Source: Nitrosopumilaceae archaeon (lineage in GTDB: Archaea; Thermoproteota; Nitrososphaeria; Nitrososphaerales; Nitrosopumilaceae). Taken from it: DNA of 64,000 nt. The stretch lies in NCBI GenBank assembly GCA_965207375.1, contig OZ242274.1, forward strand, positions 1,856,001 to 1,920,000. Direction: 5' to 3'. Shown in pieces: positions 42,394 to 54,300 of the stretch. The position numbers were made by a program, and so were the translations under genes. The first letter of the stretch is position 1; each line of letters starts with the position of its first letter. The notes under the pieces were generated by a model. That model searched no databases. It had not been told where the DNA came from and saw only the letters and a program-made list of their open reading frames with translations.

Positions 42394-42990
42394 ATGTCCA
42401 TGTACATGCCAGGTGCAACAGCAGTTGGTATCACCTATGATGGTGGCGTAGTATTTGCTAGTGAAAAAAGAATCGCCTATGGAAATTTCCTAGTTAGTAA
42501 AAATACCAAAAAGACGTTTAAAATCACCCCAAATGTGGGTGCAGCATGTGCGGGTCTAGTTGCAGATATGCAAATTCTGTCGCTACAGATTTCTGCTTTG
42601 GCAAAGATTAGAAAAATGGAGCTAAAAAGAGACGTTGCCCCAAATACAATAGCAAAAATGATGTCAAATATGATGTATGAGAGAAGGTTCTTCCCGTTGC
42701 TAACACAGGTTATCGTAGGAGGTGTCGTTGACAAGCCAGTTATTTACACTCTTGACCCACTAGGTTCGGTTTTGCCTGACGAGTATGCCGCAGTTGGAAC
42801 AGGTGCAGAGATGGCCCTAGGTGTCTTGGATCCTCAGTTCAAAGCAGACATGACAGAAAAAGAGGCAATAGATTTGGCCAAAAAGTCGATAAAGGCAGCA
42901 TCGATGAGGGATTCATTTAGTGGAGATGGTATTGACATTTTAATCATCAATTCAAATGAGGCAAGAGAAATCACAGAGGCTGTAGCCTAG
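42394..42990 (+). CDS. psmB: Proteasome beta subunit
   Basis: GATAVG, GLVADMQ, DPLGS, RDSFSGDG; Ala in place of the usual first Thr of the TT motif. Confidence 0.92.
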   Translation: MSMYMPGATAVGITYDGGVVFASEKRIAYGNFLVSKNTKKTFKITPNVGAACAGLVADMQILSLQISALAKIRKMELKRDVAPNTIAKMMSNMMYERRFFPLLTQVIVGGVVDKPVIYTLDPLGSVLPDEYAAVGTGAEMALGVLDPQFKADMTEKEAIDLAKKSIKAASMRDSFSGDGIDILIINSNEAREITEAVA

Positions 42991-43463
42991 TCCCTAATAG
43001 TTTTTCCTGCTTCCCAGAATTTATCAGAGATGTAATGTATGTTTTTTATAACCTCGCCCTTGTCTGTTGCATCCATCTGCGCACTTGACATCATTGCCTT
43101 GCCGACTGCTAAAAACTTGTGTTGCGATTCTTCTATAACACACACTATTTGATTCTCGTCAAATTCGGTATGTGTGAGGATTCCTGGCCTCATTACATTT
43201 GCACCATTACACATGAATTTGACTGCACCCATGTCAACTGTTACCGTTGGAAACTTTTCCAACAATGACACCTGTGATAAAAACGGTATGTATTCGCAAT
43301 CTATGTGCAAAAATTTCAGGTCCCCCCCTGTAATAATTTCCTCATCAGAGTCTATCTTGTATACTCGGAGATTTTTGACCCTTGGAATTTGCATTTTCCA
43401 CCTTTGTCCAATCTCTCTGAGGATTGCAACAGTCTGGCTTTTTGATATTAGATTGGATTTCAA
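42987..43463 (-). CDS. PUA-domain RNA-binding protein
   Basis: VDMGAVKFMCNGANVMRPGI. Confidence 0.9.
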   Translation of the reverse strand: MKSNLISKSQTVAILREIGQRWKMQIPRVKNLRVYKIDSDEEIITGGDLKFLHIDCEYIPFLSQVSLLEKFPTVTVDMGAVKFMCNGANVMRPGILTHTEFDENQIVCVIEESQHKFLAVGKAMMSSAQMDATDKGEVIKNIHYISDKFWEAGKTIRD

Positions 43464-44464
43464 GATAGAGTCATTTGTTTTCTTATGTCAAGTAAATCAC
43501 GCAGTATGGCACTTGCAGTTTCAATTCCACCTGCACCTCTTCCAATGATTGTTTGCGTTCCAGAATGCTCCGATGTAAATGCAATTGCGTTTAATGTACC
43601 GTTTACACAAAGTGGATCATCAATTGGTATCTGCTTTGGAGATACAGTTAGCTTGCCATCACATGAAGCAATTAGTTTGATGGCACAATGACTCTTTGCT
43701 GCCTTTTTGATATCATGAGTAGTTACATCTCTGATTCCCGTACAGTCAATATCTGGCAGTGTTACCTTCATGCCCATTATCCAATTTGCCAAGATTACCA
43801 GTTTTGCAGCAGCGTCTAATCCGTCCAAATCCAGAGATTCGTCTGCCTCCACATATCCCAAGTTCTGTGCGTCTTGTAGTGCTGCCTTGAAGGTCATGCC
43901 TTTTTCCATGTTGGTAAGAATATAGTTAGTTGTTCCGTTTAGAATTCCTGCAAAGGATGTTATTCTTTCTCCGTTAAGGCTGTTTTTTGCATAGTTTAGT
44001 ATTGGAGTTCCACCTCCAACTGTGCCGCTAAATCGTAAAAACACCTGATTGTATGTTGCTAGTTCCATCAGTGATGGAAACGCCAAGGCAAGTGGACCCT
44101 TGTTTACAGATATTACATGCATTTTATTTTTCATTGCAGATATGATGTGTGTTATTCCAGGTTCGGCATCAGTATAGTTACTTGCAGTGGTCTCAATTAA
44201 AACGTCAGCATCCAGATTTTTTATCATCTCAACTCCAGATGTTTGTCCGGTTTTTTTGTAGTATGCCACACTTCCTTGCTTTTTGGCATCAACTAGCCGG
44301 TTCAAATCCAATCCGGATTGATCCGTTACGCCTCCCATACTATCAAAAACGCCCACAACCCGAGGCTTTAATCCATATTTTGAGTACAGGTCATCTGCCC
44401 TTGATTCAAACAGCTTTATCAAGCTCTGACCCACCACTCCAAAGCCTGCCAAAATAATCCTCAT
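43460..44464 (-). CDS. hom: Homoserine dehydrogenase
   Basis: GFGVVG, NKGP, GILNGTTNYIL, GRGAGGIETA. Confidence 0.95.
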   Translation of the reverse strand: MRIILAGFGVVGQSLIKLFESRADDLYSKYGLKPRVVGVFDSMGGVTDQSGLDLNRLVDAKKQGSVAYYKKTGQTSGVEMIKNLDADVLIETTASNYTDAEPGITHIISAMKNKMHVISVNKGPLALAFPSLMELATYNQVFLRFSGTVGGGTPILNYAKNSLNGERITSFAGILNGTTNYILTNMEKGMTFKAALQDAQNLGYVEADESLDLDGLDAAAKLVILANWIMGMKVTLPDIDCTGIRDVTTHDIKKAAKSHCAIKLIASCDGKLTVSPKQIPIDDPLCVNGTLNAIAFTSEHSGTQTIIGRGAGGIETASAILRDLLDIRKQMTLS

Positions 44465-44813
44465 ATTTGTTTCATCTCGATATAACCTTTGAGTAGGCCA
44501 TTAATTTGTTTTATCGATGATTCTTTTGAAGGAAGCGATAAAGGTCAATTGCAACGATGAATTCCTTCTTTGATATGCTATACTTGTTTTCTTGAGAAAC
44601 ATGACCTCTCTTGTTATACATGATTGAAAAACTCTTGCGCAGACTCGTATCCCTATGAGTGTAGATTTGACCACCTAGCAGATGGTATTTGCTGCTTTTT
44701 TGTTTTACCGCGTTTGCACATACATCCACAGAAGCAACATTAGATAGTATTTATCATCCCCATTGATCCGTTTGCATTTTGATGTAAATTTTTGCTACAT
44801 TTAGTTTAGTGAT

Positions 44814-45200
44814 CTATGCATTTTGCTTTTTCAAATCTAGCGATGCAGAATTGATACAATATCTCAAACTAGTCGGATGCGGCCCATCATCAAATACATG
44901 TCCCAAATGTGCACCACATTTTTTGCACATTACCTCTGTGCGAATCATTCCGTAACTTGTGTCTGCTATACATTTTATTTTATCGCCTACAGGTTCCCAA
45001 AAACTCGGCCAACCTGTACCTGAATCAAATTTTGCATCTGACCGAAATAGTTCCTGGCCACAACACACACAACTATAGATTCCCTGCTCTTTACAATCAT
45101 GATATTTGCCAGAAAATGGTGGTTCTGTTGACTTGTTTACACATACATCATACTGCTGCGGGTCTAATTTTTTCTTCAATTGTGCAGTGTCAATATCCAT
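44814..45200 (-). CDS. msrB: Methionine-R-sulfoxide reductase
   Basis: [26 protein letters not shown]. Confidence 0.96.
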   Translation of the reverse strand: MDIDTAQLKKKLDPQQYDVCVNKSTEPPFSGKYHDCKEQGIYSCVCCGQELFRSDAKFDSGTGWPSFWEPVGDKIKCIADTSYGMIRTEVMCKKCGAHLGHVFDDGPHPTSLRYCINSASLDLKKQNA

Positions 45201-45235
45201 GATTCATCAATGCTTCAATCAGTATTAGAATATTT

Positions 45236-46852
45236 TTATTTGAACTCTTTGCGCTTGGCCTCGGTTCTTTTTTCTGATTCAAATCGTTCCAAATCATATT
45301 CCTTCAGGTCTGCAAACATTATAATTTTAGACAGAGTCGGATGAACCCTGCTAATTTGTAGGAACATGTCTTGTGCTACTCGTCTATAATCTGCATGGCC
45401 CTGCGGTACTGTTCGCAGCTCGATTAGATGTGCTGCCTCTCTTAGATTCATGTGCATAAAATACGAATAATTATATGCAAAATTGACCACATACTGTGCT
45501 TGTTCAGGATATTGTCTTTTGATTTTTTCAAACACGTGTTTTGAATTATTCATACAGTCTTTGAATTCTTTATCAGCACCTATAATTTCTAATTCCCTAG
45601 GTACTGCAAATCCAAGATCTGTTGATAACAGTTGTCGCTGCAAAGTCAGGACACGATGTCTGTGAAGGTCTCTAAACATTCCAAAGTTGTTTATTAAATC
45701 AAAGGTATACTCTACTAGTTCAAATGCGCGCGATGGTCGGTGTCTTCGATTTTTTCTCAAATTCGCAAGGCTTTGAATTATTTTGTTCTTTTCGGTGTGT
45801 GGTATTTTTTTTACCCGTGATAGAATCTTATAATACGGAACGCTTTGTGCCTGTTCATATAAAACGGCTGAGATCAGTTTGTTGATTGCATTTTTTTCAG
45901 GCTCAAAATTGACTAGTTTTGTCAGCGTGTCACTGTTAGTGTGTGGTGTAAGGTATTTTTTTGATAAAGCCTTTGATGTTTTTTTTATCTTTTGGAGGTA
46001 TTTTTGCAGCTCTTTTCCATGTATATCATCGGATCTTCGAACAAATGACTTTATTGTGGTTTCTAGTTCTTTTTTGATTTGCAGTGCAAGATTTTGTTCT
46101 TCTGGTAGGTTTGAGCTGAACAAAACAGTAAGCAGATATTCAAAAGACCTTCCGTTACCAGTTATTCCAACATTGGTCAGCGTGGAGGCAGGAAGTAGTC
46201 CACGAAGAATGTCAAGTGCCTTGGCCTTAGTTGAGCCCCGATATATCATACTGGCAGATTTGATGTCAGAGTCTAGTTTTAGATTTGAAAACAATTTTTC
46301 TTTTTGATCCGTCGAATCTTTGAATCGATACTTTTCAATTGGGTATTTTTCTCGCACATATTTTATCAGAGGATTGATATTTTTAGAATAAACTTCAAAA
46401 TCCAAATTGCATGCATCTAGATACGCATCAGAAAATTTTGATTGTAATAAAACGGGATCGCGATAAAACTTGTATCTGCCGTTTATTTTTTTGTCCCACG
46501 ATACATATCTAGATGATTTTTCCAAATACGATAGGCCGATTCTTCTATCCTCGATTTTTTTTACTGCAATGTTTGTCAGACCTTCGATTGCAATTTGTGC
46601 CTCTCCAAGTTCTGCAACCGAATCATCTCCATATTCTATCAAAACTCTGTTGTAAAATTGTTCTCCCCGATCCTTGTTTTGTAAGAATTCATCTAGGAAA
46701 ATTTTTCTCATGCTTTTATCGGTTCTACTGTATCTTGACATAAGAGCCCCACGATCTACCTGTTGTGGCGTAATTATTGCAAACACTGACCTGTCAGTAT
46801 TTGAAAAATGCTTGGCAAGTATCTTTTTTTCTTTACTTGAAAACTCTGACAA
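45236..46852 (-). CDS. thyX: FAD-dependent thymidylate synthase, double domain
   Basis: EKSSRY and RDLHRHR motifs in tandem ThyX-like halves. Confidence 0.88.
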   Translation of the reverse strand: MSEFSSKEKKILAKHFSNTDRSVFAIITPQQVDRGALMSRYSRTDKSMRKIFLDEFLQNKDRGEQFYNRVLIEYGDDSVAELGEAQIAIEGLTNIAVKKIEDRRIGLSYLEKSSRYVSWDKKINGRYKFYRDPVLLQSKFSDAYLDACNLDFEVYSKNINPLIKYVREKYPIEKYRFKDSTDQKEKLFSNLKLDSDIKSASMIYRGSTKAKALDILRGLLPASTLTNVGITGNGRSFEYLLTVLFSSNLPEEQNLALQIKKELETTIKSFVRRSDDIHGKELQKYLQKIKKTSKALSKKYLTPHTNSDTLTKLVNFEPEKNAINKLISAVLYEQAQSVPYYKILSRVKKIPHTEKNKIIQSLANLRKNRRHRPSRAFELVEYTFDLINNFGMFRDLHRHRVLTLQRQLLSTDLGFAVPRELEIIGADKEFKDCMNNSKHVFEKIKRQYPEQAQYVVNFAYNYSYFMHMNLREAAHLIELRTVPQGHADYRRVAQDMFLQISRVHPTLSKIIMFADLKEYDLERFESEKRTEAKRKEFK

Positions 46853-46880
46853 TATTTTGAGATAGTTTGTGATTAATTAT

Positions 46881-47165
46881 CTATTTCTTTTTGCCAATCT
46901 GAATTAGATCGGGTGATTTTGATTTTTCCATTCCCTTGGCTTGCCATTTCATTAGGACATCTTTGAAGGTCTCAGCATAAGCTTGATCCTCAGTATACAT
47001 CAGGGTCGTAACCCAATATCCTTTTCCGGCCTTTCCCCCAATAGAGTTCATCCAGAAACTCTCAGGCAACCCTTGCATTGCTTTGTTGTTTGGGTCATTT
47101 GGAATCGTGATCCAGTGATTTGATACGAATTGTAGTATTTTCTCCATTTCTGATTTTTCAATCAT
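46881..47165 (-). CDS. Hypothetical protein
   Basis: 94-aa ORF without a competing gene. Confidence 0.6.
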   Translation of the reverse strand: MIEKSEMEKILQFVSNHWITIPNDPNNKAMQGLPESFWMNSIGGKAGKGYWVTTLMYTEDQAYAETFKDVLMKWQAKGMEKSKSPDLIQIGKKK

Positions 47166-47398
47166 GATATTTGCATTGTGTTTTATGATTTTAAAATTAT
47201 GCTTTTTAAGATAGATTGTTTAAACTATGAAAAGCATAGATTTTTGTTCCTGTTTTTTGGTTTTTTAATATTCATGAGGGTCATAATAGTCCTAAAATCG
47301 GCCATAGACTAACTTTTACGTTTGGTTAATTTATTCTAACTAAATCTTGAAAGCTTTCTCACACTTTATCGGTTATATACAAAACAAAAGTATATCAC

Positions 47399-48235
47399 AT
47401 GACCAACGAGGAGATCGAGCTTATATCTAAGCCGGTCAAAGACATGTACGGCACTTCTATGGGAACCATCCTAGGTACCATTACAGATATTGATGGCAGC
47501 ATACAGACAGTTGGAGTAGATTGCGGTTCTGCAGGATTGCGACAGATTCCATACGAGCAGTTAGTTGTCCAAGGCGATGTAGTGATATTCATTCCTAAAT
47601 GGAGATTGGATTCTCAAAGATTAATTCGTGAAAAAGGATTGGCTTTACGTCGTCTTAAAGCTTTGATGGATATAGTTTCTGAAAACGACGAAATGAAAGA
47701 TGACGCAGAAATAATTCATGAAAAATACAAGGCAAAACTCATTTCCCTTGATGAGTCTGAACAACAAATCAGAGCTAAATTAGATGCACGTCTAGCAGAA
47801 TTAGATGTACAAATGAAGGCAGCAAAGACTGTTGTCTTTGATGCCAAGGTCCAGTACAAGAGCAATGAGATGATTGAATCAACATTTGAGCTTGTAAAAA
47901 AGCAGGCCAGTGTTTTAGTCGAACACATCACTCATGAAACCACCGAAATTGCAAATGTCCAAAGACGCATTGCAGACTTGGACATGGAAATTAAGGAAAC
48001 ATCTGAACCCCCATCACAGCACATAGAAGACTCAGCCGTTACTTATCTGGCAAATGACATTCCAGATATTCAAACAAAACTACCTGAGGCCCCAACTACT
48101 CAGCCAACAGCAGAACCACGTAGCGTGGCAAGTCCAGAAAACATTCAAGAACCACCCCAACAGGTGACAACAAAAACACCAGAGGCTGCTACCAGTGAAG
48201 AATCTGACTGGCTGTCTAGAATGGAAGCCCAATAG
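47399..48235 (+). CDS. cdvA: Cell division protein CdvA
   Basis: N-terminal PRC barrel (KPVKDMYG), coiled coil with RRLKAL, Pro-rich tail. Confidence 0.85.
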   Translation: MTNEEIELISKPVKDMYGTSMGTILGTITDIDGSIQTVGVDCGSAGLRQIPYEQLVVQGDVVIFIPKWRLDSQRLIREKGLALRRLKALMDIVSENDEMKDDAEIIHEKYKAKLISLDESEQQIRAKLDARLAELDVQMKAAKTVVFDAKVQYKSNEMIESTFELVKKQASVLVEHITHETTEIANVQRRIADLDMEIKETSEPPSQHIEDSAVTYLANDIPDIQTKLPEAPTTQPTAEPRSVASPENIQEPPQQVTTKTPEAATSEESDWLSRMEAQ

Positions 48236-48262
48236 GTTTTTTTTATTTTATTATTTTATGTT
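48236..48262 (+). terminator. T-rich archaeal terminator after cdvA
   Basis: T8 run and further T tracts directly after the stop codon. Confidence 0.5.
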
Positions 48263-50086
48263 ATCTTAATTTTGACAAGTTACAAATTGTCTTATCTTGT
48301 TTAATGGGAATATCTTGAATCTATCTTTTTCACATGCGTTAGAATGCAATACAGCATCAAATCATAATTTCCGTAACTGATCTGTCTGTGTAAGCTTCAT
48401 GCCTGTATTGTGCATGAAATCAATTATTTTTGTTGTTATTTCGTGTTTGAACTTCCAGAGACCGAACAGTTACTAATTTCCGTAAAACCAATCAAAAGAA
48501 GAGTGACGAAACTGACTATGTATCGTTGTAATGTTACATTTGTGCGCAAATGCTGATATTTGCTGCTTGGTTTGCATTTTACCATAATTAGACAGGTACA
48601 TGTGCATAGATGATCACTTATTTTGAATCTAGTCGTTAGGAAGGATTGTAAGATATTTGCAGTTATGAATGCTACAGTACTGTCAAATTTTATCTTACTG
48701 TAAGTGTGGCAGATGTGACAGCAGATGGATCACTTTGTCCGATACTGTTTACTGCAAATACTCTAAATTCATGGGGCAATCCCGGTGTAAGGTTTTGTAT
48801 AATTGCAGGTACTGATGTTACTGTGGGTCCATCAATCCAAATAGGAGAGGTTGCGATTTTGTATTGTGTTTTGTATGCAGTAATTTTAGAGCCACTATCA
48901 CTTGCTGGTGCATTCCAGTATAATCTGACCTCGGTTGCGTCATCTGTCAGCCAAAAGGAAGGATACGTTGGTGCGCCGGGTACAGTTGTGACTTGCTGTG
49001 CTGTAGGTGTTGCCGTATCAACATGGGAGGGGTCACTGTCACCTACAGAGTTTGTTGCAAGCACTCGGAAGCTGTACTGTACACCGTTTGTAAGGCCTGT
49101 TACAGTTGTAGTGGTTTCAGTTACTGTAAAAGTAGTCCAAGTGGTACCATCAGTACTTTGCTGTACCTTGTAGCCTGTTGCTGAACCACCAGTGCTTGGA
49201 GCAGTCCATGATAATGTAACAATACCATTACCTGCTACTGCTGAAAGGTTTGTTGGTGCACCAGGTGCTGGTGTAGCCTGTCTTGGTACTAGAATTATAG
49301 ATGTGATCTGAGACGCGTCACTTCTTCCTATGTCATTTTTTGCAAATACTCTAAACTCATAATGCTGATTCGGTGTAAGACCTGATACAGTTGCAGGTAT
49401 TGCTAGTCCAGTTGGACCATCTATCCAAGTAGGAGAGGATACGATTTTGTATTGTGGTTTATAGTTTGTAATTGCAGAGCCGCCGTCACTTGCAGGTACA
49501 TCCCAGAATATTCTTACTTCAGTTGCGTCATCTGTTAGCCAGAATGAAGGATACATTGGTGCATCTGGTACAGTCGCTGGTGTGGCAGATACAGTTGCAG
49601 ATGCAACACCGGTCAATTCGCCGTTTGTGGCATTAACTCTGAAATGATATTGTACGCCGTTTGTAAGACCTGTCACAGTCTGTGTCAATCCTGTTGTAGT
49701 GACAGGAGTCGAATTAACCCAAACAGCACCATCTATGCTTTGTTGTATATTATATCTGATGATAGTCGAGCTTCCGGTATTTGTGGGTGCAGTCCAAGAT
49801 AGTGTGATTTGAGTATTGCTCACAGTAGCTGAAAGATTGGTTGGTGCGCTAGGTGCTGTTGGTTGTTGTGTATGTGCAGTCGGGATTACAGTAACAACAT
49901 TGGATGCAGATCCTGTTCCGATATTATTTGTTGCACTTACTCGGAACTGATACTGTACACCATTTGTAAGACCCGTTACAGTAGTAGATGTAGTAGAGGA
50001 TGTTCCGTCATTGAAGGTACTCCATAAAGTACCAGCGTTTGCACTGTATTGTATAACATAATCGGTAATTACAGTTCCTCCATTAT

Positions 50087-51386
50087 CAGTTAACCCACCA
50101 GCAACGCAGAATCTGCTGTAATATCCGGCGGAGGCTTTGGATTGATCTGATATTCGTATATCATTGCAATTTTAAACTCAAGTGTAACAAATGAAATTCC
50201 ATACCATTTAGAGTCATTCAATCCAAAACCAGATTCTGCATTAATTACCACCCATTGATTATACAGTATGATTGATGCTGTAAAACACAGCAATCTTGCA
50301 CCAGGACGAGTACTGCGGGTTTTTACTCGAAGATCCTCAATCATGCGATACCCTGTTTCAATGCCCCATCTTTTCATGTATGCTGCAACGTCTAGTTCGT
50401 TTGAGTTAGCCGCAAATCCAATATATTTTTCACTTGGTTTTTCTGGCTTGCAATCCTGACACGACTTGCCGTGTTTACATTTGCGGGCAGTGCGCTTTAC
50501 TATCATCATGATATATTTTACAGCCTTGTTATGATTCTCAAGTATGCATTCAGATTTTCCATCACGAACCTTTGCGTCAAACTCGTCAAGTGCTGTTACC
50601 ACATTGTGCGTGTTTTTACATGGAGTCATGTAGGTCTGCTTTGCCTTATCCATTGCATCTAGTGTCTCAACTGCAAAAAACTCCCTGTCCATCAAAACAC
50701 ATTTGATCGGAATGCCAAAACTTTGGCATTTATACACGATTTTACGCACAAAATCAGCAGTTGACTCGCCTGCACCGATTGGATATGCAGCTAGAGTCAT
50801 TCTAAGTCCTGGGTCAACGCACTGTGCTGTGATGTACCCTTCAAACTTCCATGTACCTTTTTTGCTTTTGGAACGTAACAGTTCAGGACCTGGGTTTTTA
50901 TCATATCTTGGTATGAGGTGTTTGTCAAATGCCATTATAATTGGAGTGTTGTCATTCTTGAGTTTTTTGAGCTGATTTAGTTGATATTCTATTATCTCAT
51001 CAAATGCATTTTGTACAGTTTCTGGGTCTGCACGTGCAAATGCCTTTCTTACCCATTCATCCCCTCCAGATGTACCTGTTGCTTTTCTCTTGCCTTCTGC
51101 ATATCCTCCTGCTGATGCAGTCAAAGCTGCGGCTCCAGTCATTATCTTTGTCATATCTGATGCATCGTGCTCTTTGTTGTCGTGGTCTGATATGATGCCG
51201 CACAATTCTATGAATTTCTTCAAAGGTGCGGCGATATTTTGATATGTGAGTGGATTATCCATTATATTGTCAGCCTCTTTTGGTTTTGTTTCATATCAAA
51301 TCTTCAGAGGCGGGCCTTATTGATCTGTTTCGGTTTATTTTTTTTTGACGAATATCGTTACTTGTTATCTACTGGTGGGTTAACTG
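50087..51386 (-). mobile_element. ISH3-family insertion sequence (1300 bp)
   Basis: 15-bp perfect TIR CAGTTAACCCACCAG; 5-bp target duplication ATTAT at 50082-50086 and 51387-51391. Confidence 0.92.
50090..51262 (-). CDS. DDE transposase (ISH3/IS4 superfamily)
   Basis: MAFDKH, LMDREF, YMKRWGIETGYR (Y-x2-R-x3-E); stop codon lies in the TIR. Confidence 0.92.
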   Translation of the reverse strand: MDNPLTYQNIAAPLKKFIELCGIISDHDNKEHDASDMTKIMTGAAALTASAGGYAEGKRKATGTSGGDEWVRKAFARADPETVQNAFDEIIEYQLNQLKKLKNDNTPIIMAFDKHLIPRYDKNPGPELLRSKSKKGTWKFEGYITAQCVDPGLRMTLAAYPIGAGESTADFVRKIVYKCQSFGIPIKCVLMDREFFAVETLDAMDKAKQTYMTPCKNTHNVVTALDEFDAKVRDGKSECILENHNKAVKYIMMIVKRTARKCKHGKSCQDCKPEKPSEKYIGFAANSNELDVAAYMKRWGIETGYRMIEDLRVKTRSTRPGARLLCFTASIILYNQWVVINAESGFGLNDSKWYGISFVTLEFKIAMIYEYQINPKPPPDITADSALLVG

Positions 51387-54300
51387 ATTATCGGGGGCAC
51401 TCCATGATAGTGTAACAATACCGTTACCAGCTGTTGCAGTCAGACTAGTTGGTGCGCCAGGCGCAGTTACAGTCGGCTGTACAACAGAAGAACCCGTTAC
51501 CGTCAGGGATACCGTATTTGATGCAGTGTTACTGTTACCTGCTGTATCCTGTACAGAGCCTGCAGGTATGGTTACAGTAAGCCTTCCATTGACAGGATTT
51601 TGTACCTCAAAAGAGTGCATGTCACGCTCTACATATATTTGAAAACTGGTAAGACTAGTTACATAGACGCCGCCCATAGAATCTAGTGCAATAGATGTGG
51701 GCCATCTCAACGTATTGTCACCTGAACCTTGACCATTAAACTGACCTTGATATTTTCCTGCACTATCAAATATCTGAACGCGGTTGTTTTTCTGATCTGC
51801 TACATAGATGTGGTCAGTACCGTTTATTGCTATTCCCATTGGATCATTGAACTGACCATCACCGGAACCGGCCGTACCAAACGAGCCAACAAGATGACCC
51901 ATAGAATTGAAGATCTGAACCCTTTCATTAACAAAGTCAGTTACAAAGACGTGACCTGTAGAGTTTATTGCAATGTCTCGTGCACCATCTAACCTGCCAT
52001 CACCAGTACTATTATCATCAATTTGATCCAAGTATTTTCCAGAAGAGTCAAGTATCTTGATACGACTGTTAAAAGTGTCTGCCACAAAGATGTGATCAGT
52101 ACCGTTTATTGTAATACCAAGTGGTTCATCAAACTGGTCGTCGCCTGGACCTTTGGTGCCAAGTTTAGTCAGATAATTGCCAGCCGGATCAATTACATGA
52201 ATACCATGACTGCGTTTATCTGTTACAAAGATGTGTCCTGTAGAGTTCATTGCCATTCTTTGCGGACTATCAAATGGGGGTATGTCAAAATTGGCTGCGT
52301 GACGTATCTCACCGTCTATAATCTCAAGTATCTGAATGCGGTTGTTAGAATCTTCTAGTACAAAGATGTGGCCTGTGGCATTTACTGTAATTCCATGTGG
52401 GCTGTTTAACTGTCCTTCATTACCGCCTAGTTCACCAAAAAAGCCAGAAAAGGAATCAATCAAATTAGTTACAGTTCCAGAAGATACTGTAACATCAGAT
52501 GCTTCAAAGCCAGTTATATTTTCGTTAAATTGTATAGTAAATAGTATAGATGAAAGGGATGTAGGATCAGGAGATATGGTAGATAATACCACAGATGGAG
52601 GCACGGTATCAACGGTACTAGATATTATAAAATCAATAGGAGTAGAGAAAAGACCTGTTCCGATACTATTTGTTGCAGACACTCTGAACTGATACGGTAC
52701 ACCGTTTGTTAGACCTGTTACAATTGTAGAGGTTTGATTAACTGTACCGTCATTAAAGGTAGTCCAAGATGTTGCCGTATTTAGTTTGTATTGTATGGTA
52801 TAGTCAGTGATTGGAGACCTGTTTGAATCGGGTGCAGTCCAGCTTAACAAGACCTGTGTGTTACCAGCTGTTGCAGTAAGGCCTGTTGGTATTCCCGGTG
52901 CTGCGGGTTCAGCATTAGGAGTAGTAGTGACAATGTCAGATACAGGGCCTGTTCCTATATTATTTACGGCACTTACTCTAAATTGATAAGTGATTTCATT
53001 TGTGATGCCTGTGACAGTTGTAAATGTGTCAGTAGAGATGCCGTCACTGACAGTAACCCAGAGGCTACCGCTATTACGTTCTATGATATAATCAGTAATT
53101 GTAGTTCCATGAGTTACTGGCACATTCCATGTGAGAGAGACTTGTTCGTTACCTGGTGTTGCAGTTAAACCGGTTGGTGCACTTGGTGTTTCAACTACAG
53201 GTAATATAGTATCAGGAATTATAGAGGCTATAGGAGTTGCAGATACTATACCAGATGAGGTACTAGTTCCCGCATCATTTGTCGCATTGACTCGGAAATC
53301 ATACTGGATATTATTTGTGAGGCCAGTGATTGTAGTGGAGGTAAGATTACCTATAACAGTGGAGGTGCCCGGCCATGATTCTGTTGATGCCTTGTGTTGT
53401 ATTGTATATCCAGTAATTGGAGAGCCACCGTTATTTGGTGCAGTCCAGGACAGTGTAATCTGTGTGTTACTAGGTGTTGCAGATAAACCGGTTGGTGCAG
53501 CAGGAGTTCCAATTACGGTTACGGCTCTAGTTTGTTGTACTGCAGAGTTGCTAGAGGCATCAGTACAGCTGTATGTTACGGTGTAACTTCCCACAATTGC
53601 AGTGTCAACATTTGTAATATCAGATGTAAGAGTTGGGTTTGAATCTTCAGTATCTGTACAGGTGACACCTACAAGTGCGTCTGTAACAGTAAAGGCGTCA
53701 TTTTGGTGTACGATTATGGCGTCAGCAGGTGTCGTAATTACAGGTGGAACAGTATCAGGTACATTAGATGCTACAGGAGTTGTAGACACAATACTAGATA
53801 CAGGACCTGTTCCTGCTAGATTTTCGGCGCTTATTCTGAAATCATACTGTACACCGTTTGTTAAACTCGAGATAGTATGTGATACAACGTTGACCACAGT
53901 AGTGGTAACACCGGGCCAAGAGGCCGTAGATGCCTTGTATTGTATTGTATATTCTGTAATTGCAGATCCTCCGTTATTAGGTGCAGTCCAACTCAGAACT
54001 ATTTGCGCATCACCAGGTGTTGCAGATAGGCCTGTTGGTGCAGCGGGAACTGTTCTAGGTGTAGCGTCAACAGTGCTAGATGCTGCTCCTGTTCCTGCGG
54101 TATTTACAGCACTTACTCTAAATTGGTAAGCCTGTCCGTTTGAGAGTCCTGTTACTGTAACTGTTGTTCCAGTTGATGTGCCATCAGTAAAGGTGTTCCA
54201 TGAAGTGCCTGCGTTTGAGCTGTATTCGATTTTATAATCTGTAATTGTAGATCCCCCATTGTTTGTGGGTGCAAACCAAGACAATGAAACCTGTGCGTTA

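Noticed and set aside
44511-44729. 72-aa ORF between hom and msrB as a transposase remnant
   Set aside because: No catalytic motif or inverted repeats found.
47399-48235. cdvA without adjacent cdvB/cdvC
   Set aside because: Dispersed cdv genes are the known arrangement in Thaumarchaeota.
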